DNA of 42,359 nt from Lachnospiraceae bacterium (GCA_024690265.1 JAILCW010000054.1:1-42359), one strand, 5' to 3'; shown: positions 19,658 to 30,897, counted from the stretch's first letter. Notes: generated by a model from the sequence alone, not told the origin. Program-made: numbers and translations.

Positions 19658-19667
19658 AAAATAATTC

Positions 19668-20531
19668 TTAGGCCTTTCCAACAGAGCCGAAAAGTTCCAT
19701 CTTCTCCTTAACCTTAGCCTTGATAGCATCGGTACCAGGAGCAAGAAGCTTTCTAGGATCGAATCCCTTGCCCTGCTGATCCTTGCCAGCCTCGATGTAC
19801 TCGCGGGTTGCAGCTGCGAATACCAACTGGCACTCAGTGTTAACGTTGATCTTGGATACACCAAGGTCAATTGCCTTCTTAATCATGTCATCAGGAATAC
19901 CTGTACCACCGTGAAGTACTAATGGCATAGCTCCTGTCTTCTGCTGAATAGCATCCAAAACGTCGAACTGAAGTCCAGCCCAGTTCTCTGGGTATACACC
20001 GTGGATGTTACCGATACCAGCAGCAAGCATATCGATACCAAGGTCAGCAATGCGCTTGCACTCGTCTGGATCAGCACACTCGCCCATACCTACAACGCCG
20101 TCTTCTTCACCACCGATAGAACCAACTTCTGCCTCGATGGAAATTCCGTTGTCATGAGCAAGCTTAACTAACTCGGTTGTCTTCTCAATGTTCTCGTCGA
20201 TAGAATAATGAGAACCATCGAACATGATAGAGGTAAATCCAGCCTCTACGCACTTCTTAGATCCTTCATAGCTACCGTGATCCAAGTGAAGAGCTACAGG
20301 AACTGTAATACCAAGCTCCTCATCCATAGCCTTAACCATAGCAGCTACAGTCTTGTAACCGGTCATGTATTTACCAGCACCCTCAGATACACCAAGGATT
20401 ACAGGGGAGTTGCACTCCTGAGCGGTTAAAAGAATTGCTTTGGTCCACTCCAAGTTGTTGATGTTGAACTGACCTACAGCATAATGACCAGCCTTAGCCT
20501 TGTCCAGCATCTCTTTAGCAGATACTAACAT
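19668..20531 (-). CDS. fba: Class II fructose-1,6-bisphosphate aldolase
   Basis: VALHLDHG, MFDGSH, GNIHG, LVLHGGTG, KINVNTE. Confidence 0.97.
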   Translation of the reverse strand: MLVSAKEMLDKAKAGHYAVGQFNINNLEWTKAILLTAQECNSPVILGVSEGAGKYMTGYKTVAAMVKAMDEELGITVPVALHLDHGSYEGSKKCVEAGFTSIMFDGSHYSIDENIEKTTELVKLAHDNGISIEAEVGSIGGEEDGVVGMGECADPDECKRIADLGIDMLAAGIGNIHGVYPENWAGLQFDVLDAIQQKTGAMPLVLHGGTGIPDDMIKKAIDLGVSKINVNTECQLVFAAATREYIEAGKDQQGKGFDPRKLLAPGTDAIKAKVKEKMELFGSVGKA

Positions 20532-20589
20532 TGTTACGTCCTCCTTATTTCTTTAAGCCCCAACGGGGACTCATTTGCACTACGCTTGT

Positions 20590-20619
20590 ATTATATAATA
20601 AAACATAGCCTGTATTCAA
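20590..20619 (-). promoter_or_regulatory. Sigma-A promoter of fba
   Basis: TTGAAT-18 bp-TATAAT. Confidence 0.65.
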
Positions 20620-20629
20620 CAAAAAGTCC

Positions 20630-21517
20630 CTATTCGACCATAATTTCCACAGCTTCATGCATGTTCTTCACAATGACCTGATTATGGGCTCCACCGAACT
20701 CACCATCCAAGGTCCATGGGACCTCATCTGCACTGGTGAACTTCAGTTCCGAAGTCTGGAAGGAATATACAAACTGTGATTCTGTGGAATTGCCTAACAA
20801 GAAATTCACAATATCCGTTAGGTCAATCGGTGTCTTCGGTGTACGAATTAGAGTCACCTCAAACACTCCATCCTGTAAATCAATGACTCCGGGAATAATA
20901 CCCTTCATACCACCAACAGACTTCGTGTTGGTAATCATACCATAGATAAACTCATCGTAAATCATATTGCCGTCGTATTCCACCTGCATACGGAAGGACG
21001 GAATATCCGCCAACTGCTTCACCGCTTCTAACAAATACGCCACATGGCCAAGGGCATTCTTCATATCCTGACTGGTGGCATAAGATACTTCTGTAAAAAT
21101 ACCGAAGGCTGCGACATAGACAAAATTGTCTTTATTAAAACGCCCGATATCCACAGGATATGGGCGTCCGTTAACTGCGATGTTGGCAGCATTCTTCATA
21201 TCTTTGTCAATTCCCAGAGAGTTACCAAAATCATTGGTACTACCGGCTGGAATATAGCCAATCGGAATACGGTCCGTCAGACTCATCATACCGGTAACAA
21301 CCTCATCTAGGGTACCATCTCCACCACTGCAGACGATACGGTCATAGCGGGAAGCTTCGTTTCGGACTTTGCTAATTGCGTCCGCCGGTGCCTGTGTCGG
21401 ATAAATCGTCACCTCAAAACCGGCCTTCACCATAATATCCACAATATCCGAAAGGTAGTTACGAATCAAACCTTTGCCGGAGTATGGATTATAGATGAAC
21501 AGAAGCTTCTTTTCCAT
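20630..21517 (-). CDS. YegS/BmrU/DagK-family lipid kinase
   Basis: NPYSGKG, SGGDGTLDEV, IPAGSTNDF, TLDGE. Confidence 0.93.
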   Translation of the reverse strand: MEKKLLFIYNPYSGKGLIRNYLSDIVDIMVKAGFEVTIYPTQAPADAISKVRNEASRYDRIVCSGGDGTLDEVVTGMMSLTDRIPIGYIPAGSTNDFGNSLGIDKDMKNAANIAVNGRPYPVDIGRFNKDNFVYVAAFGIFTEVSYATSQDMKNALGHVAYLLEAVKQLADIPSFRMQVEYDGNMIYDEFIYGMITNTKSVGGMKGIIPGVIDLQDGVFEVTLIRTPKTPIDLTDIVNFLLGNSTESQFVYSFQTSELKFTSADEVPWTLDGEFGGAHNQVIVKNMHEAVEIMVE

Positions 21518-21532
21518 ATATATTCTCCATTC

Positions 21533-21781
21533 TTACTTGGACAAGAACTCCTCTAATGCGCTAACGGCATTCTGCTCGTCGTCACCCTCTGCATCGATGG
21601 TAACAGTAGCACCGGAGGAAAGAACCAAGCTCATCATTCCCATGATGCTCTTAGCATTGACCTTCTTGGTGTCCATTTCAAAATAAACTTTGCTGTTGAA
21701 TTGATTGGCAAGCTGTACTAAATGTGCGATTGGTGTTGCTTCCATAGAATCGGACATACGAATAACAACATCTTTTTTCAT
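21533..21781 (-). CDS. HPr-family protein lacking the phosphoacceptor His (Crh-like)
   Basis: VNAKSIMGMMSL Ser46 motif retained; the GLHARP motif is replaced by SMEATP. Confidence 0.9.
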   Translation of the reverse strand: MKKDVVIRMSDSMEATPIAHLVQLANQFNSKVYFEMDTKKVNAKSIMGMMSLVLSSGATVTIDAEGDDEQNAVSALEEFLSK

Positions 21782-21783
21782 GA

Positions 21784-22674
21784 TTACTCCTCCTGAAATC
21801 TCTCTTCTCTGAGCCGGTCTGCAATCTCACTAATCCGTCGCAGCCGATGATTCACTCCCGATTTCCCCACCGGTGGATTAAGAAGATTCCCTAAATCCTT
21901 GAGAGGCGTATCCGGATTCTCTAATCGAACTTCTGCAATCTCGCGCAAGTTTACGGACAAGCTGTCTAAACCCTCCGCTTCTTCGATGAATCGGATATCC
22001 TCCAATTGTCGCACTGCCGCACTCACTGTCTTGCTGATGTTGGCAGTCTCACAATTCACCTTGCGATTGACAGCATTGCGCATGTCCTTCATCACTCGGA
22101 CATTTTCAAAATCAAGAACGCCGCGATTGGCTCCCATCAAACCGAGAACAGTAGATATCTGCTCCCCCTCCTTGAGGTATACCACAAAATGATTCTTGCG
22201 CTCTACAATCTTGGCATCGAGGTCGAATGAATTCATCAACTCCATCAGTTGCTTGGCCAAAAGCTCATCATCACATACTACTTCGAAATGATACGCCTTG
22301 TTGGGATCACTCATAGATCCTGTTGCCAAAAAAGCCCCTCGAATAAAACTACGCTTGCAACATTGCTGCTGCAGGAGCAATCCATCAACGGGAGCAACCT
22401 TGGAATCTATTTTGAGCATCTGGCGCATACCTTCTGCATCTTCCTCGATAACGCCTGTGCCATACTTCGTTATAGTATCTAATTTTTTGAGCAAAGTAAA
22501 GCACTTGCGCTGTATATTCAGGTTTTCACTATCCAAAGAAAAACGTAATTTTCCATCTTTTTTGTGAAAGTTGCCCAAAAAAGAAACGTAAGCCGCCAGC
22601 TCTGCAATCTGGCAATGGCGGCCTTTGGGTAGTATTTCAAACAATTCCGTTTTGATATCACCGGAAAAAGACAT
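21784..22674 (-). CDS. whiA: DNA-binding protein WhiA
   Basis: MSFSGDIKTEL, FIRGAFLATGSMSDP, NRKVNCETAN, KSGVNHRLRRI. Confidence 0.95.
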   Translation of the reverse strand: MSFSGDIKTELFEILPKGRHCQIAELAAYVSFLGNFHKKDGKLRFSLDSENLNIQRKCFTLLKKLDTITKYGTGVIEEDAEGMRQMLKIDSKVAPVDGLLLQQQCCKRSFIRGAFLATGSMSDPNKAYHFEVVCDDELLAKQLMELMNSFDLDAKIVERKNHFVVYLKEGEQISTVLGLMGANRGVLDFENVRVMKDMRNAVNRKVNCETANISKTVSAAVRQLEDIRFIEEAEGLDSLSVNLREIAEVRLENPDTPLKDLGNLLNPPVGKSGVNHRLRRISEIADRLREERFQEE

Positions 22675-22675
22675 A

Positions 22676-23551
22676 TTACTTTCCTCGCTTCGCATCCTTA
22701 TCAATATCGCGATGTTCTACGCGGATACCATAGGTTGCGGAATCCTTGAGTCGATTAAATAGTTCATTGGCCATGGTAACAGAACGATGCTTGCCACCGG
22801 TACATCCAAAGGCGATGACCAACTGGTTCTTGCCCTCGTCGATATATCGCGGAATCAGGAAACGAATCATCTCCTCCAGCTTGTCCGCAAACTCCGGACC
22901 GTCATCATTTTGCATAACATAATTCTGGATCGCCTCGTCATTGCCGGTCAGGGGACGAAGCTCTGCAATGTAATACGGGTTCGGAAGGAATCGCACATCA
23001 AATACCAAATCCGCATCCTGAGGGATTCCATACTTGAAACCAAAGGACATCACAGTCACAAAGAGATTCTTGTAATCATCCTTGTCGATAAAAATATGCT
23101 GTAACTCTGCCCGTAATTCACGAGTCAGCAAATGGCTGGTATCTACAATATAATTGGCCTTGTCTCGCAAGAACTGAATACGCTCACGCTCTTCAGCAAT
23201 TCCTGCATAGATACTCTCCGCACCGGAAAGGGGATGGGTACGTCTGGTTTCCTTATATCGCTTTACCAGAACCACATCTTCTGCGTCCAAAAACAGAATC
23301 TGGAATTCCATACCGTCTGCTTCTAATTCCGGAAGCACCTGACGCAACATCTCGATGGATGCTCCACCGCGGACGTCAATACCCACTGCAACCAAATCTT
23401 CCTCATCGCCGGACTTGTGATTGAGTTCCACAAAGCTCTTTAACAATTCCACCGGAAGATTGTCTACGCAACGGTATCCAAAATCCTCAAGAATCTTGAA
23501 GGCGGTATGTTTTCCGGCACCGGACATTCCGGTAAGTATTACCAGTTTCAT
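22676..23551 (-). CDS. rapZ: RapZ/YvcJ P-loop nucleotide-binding protein
   Basis: TGMSGAGK, CVDNLP, SFGFKYG, FDVRFLPNP, GCTGGKHRSV. Confidence 0.96.
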   Translation of the reverse strand: MKLVILTGMSGAGKHTAFKILEDFGYRCVDNLPVELLKSFVELNHKSGDEEDLVAVGIDVRGGASIEMLRQVLPELEADGMEFQILFLDAEDVVLVKRYKETRRTHPLSGAESIYAGIAEERERIQFLRDKANYIVDTSHLLTRELRAELQHIFIDKDDYKNLFVTVMSFGFKYGIPQDADLVFDVRFLPNPYYIAELRPLTGNDEAIQNYVMQNDDGPEFADKLEEMIRFLIPRYIDEGKNQLVIAFGCTGGKHRSVTMANELFNRLKDSATYGIRVEHRDIDKDAKRGK

Positions 23552-24468
23552 TCAAACTCTCCTATCATGCGAACTTCCGGATAAATATCTACACCGGAGT
23601 CCTCCTTGACACGTCGTTGTACTTCCAACATTAATTCACGAACCTCAGCTGCAGTTGCATTGCCGCGATTCACTACGAAGCCGCAGTGTTTCTCAGATAC
23701 CTGAGCATCTCCCACCGCAAATCCTCGCAAACCGGCATCCTCAATCAGCTTGCCAGCAAAATATCCTACCGGGCGCTTGAAGGTACTACCTGCACTTGGG
23801 AAGTTCAGTGGTTGTTTCTCCTGACGCTTGCCAGCCAGTTCACGCATGGTTGCAAGAATCTCTTCCTGACTGCCAGGCTCTAATTGAAGACGAGCTGACA
23901 TCACAATGGTTCCCGGGCGTTCCATAATAAGACTGTGGCGATAGGACAATTCCAATTCTTCTACCGAATAGGTATCAACGGTTCCATCCACCGTAAGACA
24001 GGTGACATCCACTAGAATATCCTTCAATTCTCCACCGTATGCTCCTGCATTCATAACGACGGCCCCGCCCAGGCTTCCCGGGATACCGGCCGCGAACTCC
24101 ATTCCGGTAAGGGACGCATCCTTGGCAGCTGCAGCCACAGAAGACAATAGTGCCCCCGCTTCTGCAATAATGGTATTTCCTTCCACGGATACACTGTTCA
24201 TAGACTTGCCAATGGACAATACCACGCCACGAATCCCCTTATCACCGACCAAGAGATTACTTCCATTTCCAATGACAGTCACCGGAATCTGCTGTTCTTG
24301 GCAATAAGTAATCACCGGTAACACTTCGCTAAAAGACGGCTCGATAAAAACATCTGCTTCGCCGCCAATACGAAAGGTGGTATGACGCGCCATAGGCTCC
24401 TTTGTAACAAAGGAGCCTGTGGTAATCAATGATTTTAAGTTATCGATTTGTTCAATCGTAATTCCCAT
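23548..24468 (-). CDS. murB: UDP-N-acetylenolpyruvoylglucosamine reductase
   Basis: HTTFRIGG, GNGSNLL, GIPGSLGGAVVMNAGAYG, PSAGSTFKRP, SEKHCGF. Confidence 0.97.
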   Translation of the reverse strand: MGITIEQIDNLKSLITTGSFVTKEPMARHTTFRIGGEADVFIEPSFSEVLPVITYCQEQQIPVTVIGNGSNLLVGDKGIRGVVLSIGKSMNSVSVEGNTIIAEAGALLSSVAAAAKDASLTGMEFAAGIPGSLGGAVVMNAGAYGGELKDILVDVTCLTVDGTVDTYSVEELELSYRHSLIMERPGTIVMSARLQLEPGSQEEILATMRELAGKRQEKQPLNFPSAGSTFKRPVGYFAGKLIEDAGLRGFAVGDAQVSEKHCGFVVNRGNATAAEVRELMLEVQRRVKEDSGVDIYPEVRMIGEFE

Positions 24469-24469
24469 A

Positions 24470-25870
24470 TTATGCCTTCTTTAAGAATGCAATGTAGCCC
24501 AAGTATGCTTCATACAAATCTACCTTGCTGATAATCTCCCATGGTGCATGCATGTTCAATACTGCTACACCACTATCGATGACACGCATACCATAGTTGC
24601 CAAGGATGTAAGCGATGGTTCCACCGCCGCCCTGATCAACCTTACCAAGTTCTGCCGTCTGGAAGGATACCTTAGCATCATCCATAATACGACGAACCTC
24701 TCCGACGTACTCTGCGCTGGCATCGTTAGAACCGGACTTGCCTCTTGCACCGGTGTACTTGTTGAATACCAACCCACGGCCAAAGTATGCTGCATTCTTC
24801 TTCTCGAATGCAGAAGCAAAATTGGTGTCATATGCAGCACTTACATCCGAAGACAATGCCTTGGAATTCGCAAGTGCACGACGAACTGCAAGCTCGGAAT
24901 ACTGTCCCAATGCGTTCATTACCTCAGCAACAGTATTCTCAAAGAAACGAGACTCCATACCGGTTGCACCAACGCTGCCAATCTCTTCCTTATCAACCAA
25001 GAGGCATGCATAGGTACGCTCACCCGCCTTGGTATCAAGCATTGCATAGAAAGATGGGTATGCACAAACACGATCATCATGTCCGTAACCCATAATCATG
25101 CTACGGTCAAATCCATAGTCACGCGCATCTCCGGCAGGAACAACTTCGATCTCTGCGGAGAGGAAATCCTCCTCCTCAATCTTGTATTCCTTCTTAAGGA
25201 TTTCGAGTACGTTAGCCTTGACAGCCTCCTTAACCTTCTCATCCTTCTTGTCCTTCTCATCCATCGGGATGCTTCCGATGAGAACATCCAACTGCTCACC
25301 TTCGATGACCTTGGCACCCTTCTTATCCAACTGGTCAGCAGACAAGTGAATGAGCAAATCACTCACGCCAAATACAGGGTCCTGTGGCTTGTCACCAACG
25401 TTAACTACAACCTTGGTTCCATCCTTCTTAACAATAACACCATGAAGTGCAAGCGGAATCGTAACCCACTGATACTTCTTAACGCCGCCATAGTAGTGGG
25501 TATCAAGAAGTGCCATGTCGGTATCCTCGTACAATGGATTCTGCTTCAAATCCATACGAGGGGAGTCGATATGTGCACCTAGGATGTTCATGCCCTGCTC
25601 CATTGGCTGCTTACCAATGATAAACATAGCAAGGCCCTTGCCATAGTTGGACAAGAATACCTTATCTCCGGCCTTTAATTTTTTGTTCTTAGAAATAACA
25701 TCCTTTAAGTCAACAAATCCTGCAGCAAGCGCTTCCTTTACAAAGAAGTCATTGCATTCACGCTCAGTCTTGTTCTCGGACAGGAACTTACGATAGCCCT
25801 CTGCAAAATCCATAACGACCTTGCGCTTCTTGCCTTCCGGATATTTCTTCCATGCATTTTCACGTTCCAT
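24470..25870 (-). CDS. apeA: M18-family aminopeptidase
   Basis: GAHIDSP, HYYGGVKKYQW, GHDDR, DKEEIGS, MHAP; AGGAGG RBS favours ATG 25870. Confidence 0.9.
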   Translation of the reverse strand: MERENAWKKYPEGKKRKVVMDFAEGYRKFLSENKTERECNDFFVKEALAAGFVDLKDVISKNKKLKAGDKVFLSNYGKGLAMFIIGKQPMEQGMNILGAHIDSPRMDLKQNPLYEDTDMALLDTHYYGGVKKYQWVTIPLALHGVIVKKDGTKVVVNVGDKPQDPVFGVSDLLIHLSADQLDKKGAKVIEGEQLDVLIGSIPMDEKDKKDEKVKEAVKANVLEILKKEYKIEEEDFLSAEIEVVPAGDARDYGFDRSMIMGYGHDDRVCAYPSFYAMLDTKAGERTYACLLVDKEEIGSVGATGMESRFFENTVAEVMNALGQYSELAVRRALANSKALSSDVSAAYDTNFASAFEKKNAAYFGRGLVFNKYTGARGKSGSNDASAEYVGEVRRIMDDAKVSFQTAELGKVDQGGGGTIAYILGNYGMRVIDSGVAVLNMHAPWEIISKVDLYEAYLGYIAFLKKA

Positions 25871-25893
25871 TACTCTCAATCCTCCTGGTAAAA

Positions 25894-26829
25894 CTAAATA
25901 TTTGCTCCGCCGGACATGTTCTCACGAACACGGCGATACAATTCCTCTGTGGCGTTGTAGCCCATCTTCTTCTGACGGAAGTTAACGGCTGCTGTCTCAC
26001 AGATAACAGCCAGATTACGACCCGGACGAATCGGCAACGAGTGGCATACCACCTGCTTGCCAAGGATATCCATATACTCATCCTTCAAACCGATACGGTC
26101 GTATTCTTTTTCTTTCTTCCAGTCTTCCAATTTGATAACAAAGCCAATAGACTGACGGTCCTTGACACATTCAACACCAAACAGACTCTTAACATCAATT
26201 ATGCCGATACCTCGAAGCTCAATGAGATGCTTCGTAACCGCCGGCGCAGTACCAATCAAGGTATCTGTATTCACACGACGGATTTCAACTACATCATCTG
26301 CAACCAAACGATGACCACGACGAACCAGCTCCAACGCAGCCTCAGACTTACCAATGCCACTCTCACCGGTGATCAACAAACCTTCGCCGTATACATCAAC
26401 CAATACGCCATGAATGGTGGTAATCGGTGCTAACTCATAACCTAAGTTGTAAATCAGCTCTGCCGTAAACTCAGAAGTACCTCGTTCTGTTCCTAAAAGT
26501 GCAACGCCCTTCTCGCATGCCAAATCAAGGAAAGACTGTTCCGGCACGAAATCACGGCAGAAGATAACGCACGGTACTTCGTAGGAAATCAATCGCTCAA
26601 ATGCAGCAACACGTTCCTCCTCTGCCTTACCGTTCAGGTAACTCCACTCAACCATTCCGATAATCTGGATACGATTGGACTGGAAATAATCAAAGAATCC
26701 ATGTAACTGCAATGCCGGACGATTGATATCCGCTACGGTAATCTCGATATCATCCAGATTAATGGATTCGGTAAAATTCTTAAGGTTCAGATTCTCTGCA
26801 ATCTTTGATAACTTTGCTCCATCTGCCAT
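25894..26829 (-). CDS. hprK: HPr(Ser) kinase/phosphorylase
   Basis: HGVLVDVYGEGLLITGESGIGKSE, LVADDVVE, IELRGIGII, PGRNLA; AAGGAGG RBS before ATG 26829. Confidence 0.97.
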   Translation of the reverse strand: MADGAKLSKIAENLNLKNFTESINLDDIEITVADINRPALQLHGFFDYFQSNRIQIIGMVEWSYLNGKAEEERVAAFERLISYEVPCVIFCRDFVPEQSFLDLACEKGVALLGTERGTSEFTAELIYNLGYELAPITTIHGVLVDVYGEGLLITGESGIGKSEAALELVRRGHRLVADDVVEIRRVNTDTLIGTAPAVTKHLIELRGIGIIDVKSLFGVECVKDRQSIGFVIKLEDWKKEKEYDRIGLKDEYMDILGKQVVCHSLPIRPGRNLAVICETAAVNFRQKKMGYNATEELYRRVRENMSGGANI

Positions 26830-26877
26830 GTGATAACCCTCCTTATCCCACAAAGATACATCTATTGTATCTGATTT

Positions 26878-28734
26878 CTATTGGTTGTCAAAACTCGAAT
26901 GAAAATAATCATATACTGCCTGAGCTGCTTCCTGATTCATGGATTCCACTGCCGCCAAATCCTCGACAGATGCCGCCTTCATGGCATCTGCACTAGGGAA
27001 GTGTCGCATCAGCGCCTTGCGCCTTGCAGGTCCAATGCCGGCGATATCATCCAAGAAGCTCTTGGTCTGAGCCTTGCCTCGCAGGGAGCGATGATACTCA
27101 ATGGCAAAGCGATGGGCCTCGTCCTGCAACCGAGTGATTAGCTTGAATCCCTCGCTTCCCTTGTCAATAGGGATCTCTACATTCTGATAATATAGGCCAC
27201 GGGTTCGATGGTGATCATCCTTGACCATACCGCATACCGGAATCTGCAGATGCAACTCCTGCAAGACTTCCAGAGCGATGTTCACCTGACCTCGACCACC
27301 ATCCATCATGATAACATCCGGGAACTTGGTAAAGCTATTCTCCGATGCGGACTTCTCTCGATCTTCCAGTCCATGACGAAAACGTCTGGTAAGTACTTCT
27401 CTCATGGAGCCATAATCATCCGGTCCTGTGATAGTTTTCAACTTGAACTTGCGATAATCACTGCGCAGTGGCTTGCCTCGCTCGAACACCACCATGGAGC
27501 CTACCGACTCAAATCCGTTGGTATTGGAAATATCAAACGCCTCCATCCGGTCAATCCGCGGCAAACCAATAAGGTCAGCAATTTCCTTCATTGCACCGAT
27601 GGTGCGGCCTTCTTCCTTCTTGATACGTTCCTTGTCCTGATCCAGAACCATCTGGGCATTCTTGTAAGCCAGCTCCACCAGCTGCTCCTTGGTGCCCTTC
27701 TTAGGGGTATGAATTCGCACTTTGCTGCCACGCTTCTCTGAGAGCCAGGACTCTATGGTCTCCGGGTCTTCCAGCTCCTCTTGCAGAATCAATTCACGCG
27801 GAATAAATGGTGTTCCGGAATAGAACTGCTGTACAAAAGCCTCCAGCAATCCCGGCGCATCATCATCCACCCGGACATTCAGGAAAAAGTGATCTCGTCC
27901 AATCATCTTGCCATTACGAATAAAAAACACCTGAACAACTGCATCCTCATCCGCAGTGGCAATAGCTATGATATCTTTGTCCTCCCCGTTAGCATTGGTA
28001 ATCTTCTGTTTCTGAATGCAGGCCTTGACGCTTTGCAACAAATCCCGATATCCGGCAGCTTTCTCAAACTCCATAGCTGCTGCCGCAGCCTGCATCTTAT
28101 CCTCCAGCATCTTGGCAACCGGCTGATAATTGCCGTTCAAAAAGTCGATGGCACCTTCAACGTTCTTGGCGTATTCTTCTTCGGAGATATAACCTTGGCA
28201 TACACCGGGGCACTGCTTCATATGGTAATTCAAGCATGGGCGATCCTTGCCAATGGCATCCGGAAACTTCTTGTTACAAGTACGTAAATGATAAATCTTG
28301 TGCACCAGATCGATGGTATCTTTCACCGCACCGGCACTGGTGAACGGGCCAAAGTACTTGCTCCGGTCTTTTTTCATCTGACGCGAAAAAAGGACCCTTG
28401 GGTAATGCTCCCCCAGAGTCACTTTGATATAGGGATACGTCTTGTCATCCCGCAACATTGTATTGTATTTCGGCCGATGTTCCTTGATCAGATTGCATTC
28501 CAAAACAAGCGCTTCCAATTCGGAGTCCGTCACAATGTACTCAAAATGATCAATATTTGCTACCATCTGCTTCTTGCGAAGTCCCTCGTCATGGCTAGGC
28601 TGGAAATACTGATGCACACGCTTGGTCAGACTCCTAGCCTTGCCAACATATATGATGGTATCATTCACATCATGCATAATGTAAACTCCCGGCTGATCCG
28701 GGAGTTTTGCAAGTTCTTCTTCGATTCGAAACAT
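26878..28734 (-). CDS. uvrC: Excinuclease ABC subunit C
   Basis: GIY-YIG domain (PGVYIM...IYVGKA), UVR motif, [23 protein letters not shown], HhH GIGPAR. Confidence 0.98.
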   Translation of the reverse strand: MFRIEEELAKLPDQPGVYIMHDVNDTIIYVGKARSLTKRVHQYFQPSHDEGLRKKQMVANIDHFEYIVTDSELEALVLECNLIKEHRPKYNTMLRDDKTYPYIKVTLGEHYPRVLFSRQMKKDRSKYFGPFTSAGAVKDTIDLVHKIYHLRTCNKKFPDAIGKDRPCLNYHMKQCPGVCQGYISEEEYAKNVEGAIDFLNGNYQPVAKMLEDKMQAAAAAMEFEKAAGYRDLLQSVKACIQKQKITNANGEDKDIIAIATADEDAVVQVFFIRNGKMIGRDHFFLNVRVDDDAPGLLEAFVQQFYSGTPFIPRELILQEELEDPETIESWLSEKRGSKVRIHTPKKGTKEQLVELAYKNAQMVLDQDKERIKKEEGRTIGAMKEIADLIGLPRIDRMEAFDISNTNGFESVGSMVVFERGKPLRSDYRKFKLKTITGPDDYGSMREVLTRRFRHGLEDREKSASENSFTKFPDVIMMDGGRGQVNIALEVLQELHLQIPVCGMVKDDHHRTRGLYYQNVEIPIDKGSEGFKLITRLQDEAHRFAIEYHRSLRGKAQTKSFLDDIAGIGPARRKALMRHFPSADAMKAASVEDLAAVESMNQEAAQAVYDYFHSSFDNQ

Positions 28735-30732
28735 CTATTCGTCTTCCTCTACGAAGATGTTATCCTCTGCTACGTTGTCTGCTCCATCTGATGAGTCAGT
28801 ATTCTCATCTTCCTCACCCTGGATTCCTGTGAGTTCACGGAACATCTTCATGAATTCTTTGCCGGTAATTGTTTCCTTCTCATATAAGTACTCGGAAATC
28901 TTGTCCAAAACTTCCTTGTGCTCACGCAACAATTCCACTGCCTTGTTGTAACTATCGGTAATAATACCAAGTACTTCTTCGTCGATGGCTGCTGCAGTAG
29001 CATCACCACAGTTCAATGCCGCACGACCTTCTAAGTACTGACTCTCTACGGTAGCCAAACCCATCATACCAAATCGCTCGGACATACCAAATCTGGTAAC
29101 CATAGCACGTGCAATATTGGTTGCATTCTCAATATCGTTAGCAGCACCGCTGGTGTAGCTTCCGAAGGTCACATCCTCTGCTGCACGACCACCCATGTAG
29201 GTAACAATCTTGGCCAACAGTTCATCCTTGGTCTCAAGGAACTTCTCCTCTTCCGGTGTCTGAAGGGTATATCCCAAAGCGCCCATGGTACGAGGAACAA
29301 TGGTAATCTTCTGAACCGGTTCGGTATTCTTCTGCAACGCAGAAACAAGAGCATGTCCCACCTCATGATAGGAGACAATCTTGCGCTCCTTGTCACTCAT
29401 AGCACGATCCTTCTTCTCCTTGCCACCTACGGCAACAAGCTCGAAAGCTTCAAAAAGGTCGGACTGGTTCACGCTGTTGCGTCCGTGCTTAACGGCATTA
29501 ATGGCAGCCTCGTTAATAATGTTAGCAAGATCGGATCCAACCAATCCCGCACTAGCCAGTGCCATTGCATCCAAATCTACCGTCTCATCCATTGCAACGT
29601 CCTTGGCATGAACCTTCAGAGTCTCCAGACGGCCCTTCAGATCCGGACGATCTACGATGATACGTCGATCAAAACGTCCCGGACGAAGCAACGCCTTGTC
29701 CAATACTTCCGGACGGTTAGTAGCAGCCAGAATCAAAAGACCCTTGGAGGTATCGAAACCATCCATCTCAGCCAGCAACTGGTTCAATGTCTGCTCACGC
29801 TCATCATTGCCACCGCCAAAGCGTGTATCACGGCTCTTACCGATAGCGTCAATCTCATCGATGAAAATAATGCATGGCGCAGCCTTCTGAGCTTCCTTGA
29901 ACAAATCACGTACGCGGGAAGCACCCACACCTACGAACATCTCTACAAAGTCGGAACCTGCAAGGGAAAAGAACGGAACCCCTGCTTCTCCGGCTACTGC
30001 CTTAGCAAGCAAGGTCTTACCGGTTCCCGGAGGGCCCACAAGAAGTGCACCCTTGGGAAGCTTCGCACCAATCTTGGAGTACTTCTTCGGGTTATGAAGG
30101 AAATCAACCACTTCCTGAAGAGACTCCTTCGCCTCGTCCTGTCCGGCAACATCCTTAAAGGTAACACCGGTAGACTTCTCTACATAAACCTTGGCATTGC
30201 TCTTGCCAACGCCCATTGGGCCACCGCCCATACGGCGCATCAACAAACCAAAAATCAGCCACAGGATAACCAACGGGATTACCAGTGACAAAATATTGTA
30301 AATCAAGGACTGTGTACTGTCGGAATTGCCACGGCTAATCTCAACGCCTTTGTCCTTCAAAGTAGAAATCAAGTCTTCATCAGAGATATATCCGGTATAG
30401 TAAGTAATCTCCAACTTCTGGCCGGTACTACGCTCATAAGCAGCCTGCACCTTGGCATCTTCCTCGGATGCCGTAAAGTCTGAGGTCTCCTTCAAATTAA
30501 TCAAAATCTGATTGCCATCGAACTCTACGGCCTTGACCTCATCATCCTCTACCAATTGCCAGAACTGCGTATAGGTAATCTCCTGCTTGGTTGAAGAACC
30601 TGCCTTGTTATATACATAACTCGTAACAAACAACGCAATCAGAGAAAACAATACAAACAACAGAATCGGCTGGCGAAGCTTGTTGTTTTTATTGTCGTTC
30701 TGACCTTTGTTATTCTGATCATTTTCGTTCAT
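28735..30732 (-). CDS. ftsH: ATP-dependent zinc metalloprotease FtsH
   Basis: Two TM helices, [30 protein letters not shown]; GGAGG RBS before ATG 30732. Confidence 0.97.
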   Translation of the reverse strand: MNENDQNNKGQNDNKNNKLRQPILLFVLFSLIALFVTSYVYNKAGSSTKQEITYTQFWQLVEDDEVKAVEFDGNQILINLKETSDFTASEEDAKVQAAYERSTGQKLEITYYTGYISDEDLISTLKDKGVEISRGNSDSTQSLIYNILSLVIPLVILWLIFGLLMRRMGGGPMGVGKSNAKVYVEKSTGVTFKDVAGQDEAKESLQEVVDFLHNPKKYSKIGAKLPKGALLVGPPGTGKTLLAKAVAGEAGVPFFSLAGSDFVEMFVGVGASRVRDLFKEAQKAAPCIIFIDEIDAIGKSRDTRFGGGNDEREQTLNQLLAEMDGFDTSKGLLILAATNRPEVLDKALLRPGRFDRRIIVDRPDLKGRLETLKVHAKDVAMDETVDLDAMALASAGLVGSDLANIINEAAINAVKHGRNSVNQSDLFEAFELVAVGGKEKKDRAMSDKERKIVSYHEVGHALVSALQKNTEPVQKITIVPRTMGALGYTLQTPEEEKFLETKDELLAKIVTYMGGRAAEDVTFGSYTSGAANDIENATNIARAMVTRFGMSERFGMMGLATVESQYLEGRAALNCGDATAAAIDEEVLGIITDSYNKAVELLREHKEVLDKISEYLYEKETITGKEFMKMFRELTGIQGEEDENTDSSDGADNVAEDNIFVEEDE

Positions 30733-30792
30733 TCTTATCCTCCATGTAATCGCATCAAAATGCGCCATAACTCTAGTCTTTTACATAGTGAC

Positions 30793-30821
30793 ATTATAAA
30801 AAACCCAGAAATCAAAAGCAA
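30793..30821 (-). promoter_or_regulatory. Sigma-A promoter upstream of ftsH
   Basis: TTGCTT-17 bp-TATAAT. Confidence 0.7.
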
Positions 30822-30897
30822 TAGGAGGGTCTACGCTTTTATACTCTTTTAAGAATTTGTACATAAACCGTTCACAGATTTCTTGAAGTAGCACAAA

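Noticed and set aside
24548-25582. 344-aa plus-strand ORF (also 29353-30288, 27208-28791, 4017-4586, 39457-39954, 40636-41163)
   Set aside because: Exactly antisense to well-conserved genes, with no recognisable motifs; explained by codon bias of the sense gene.
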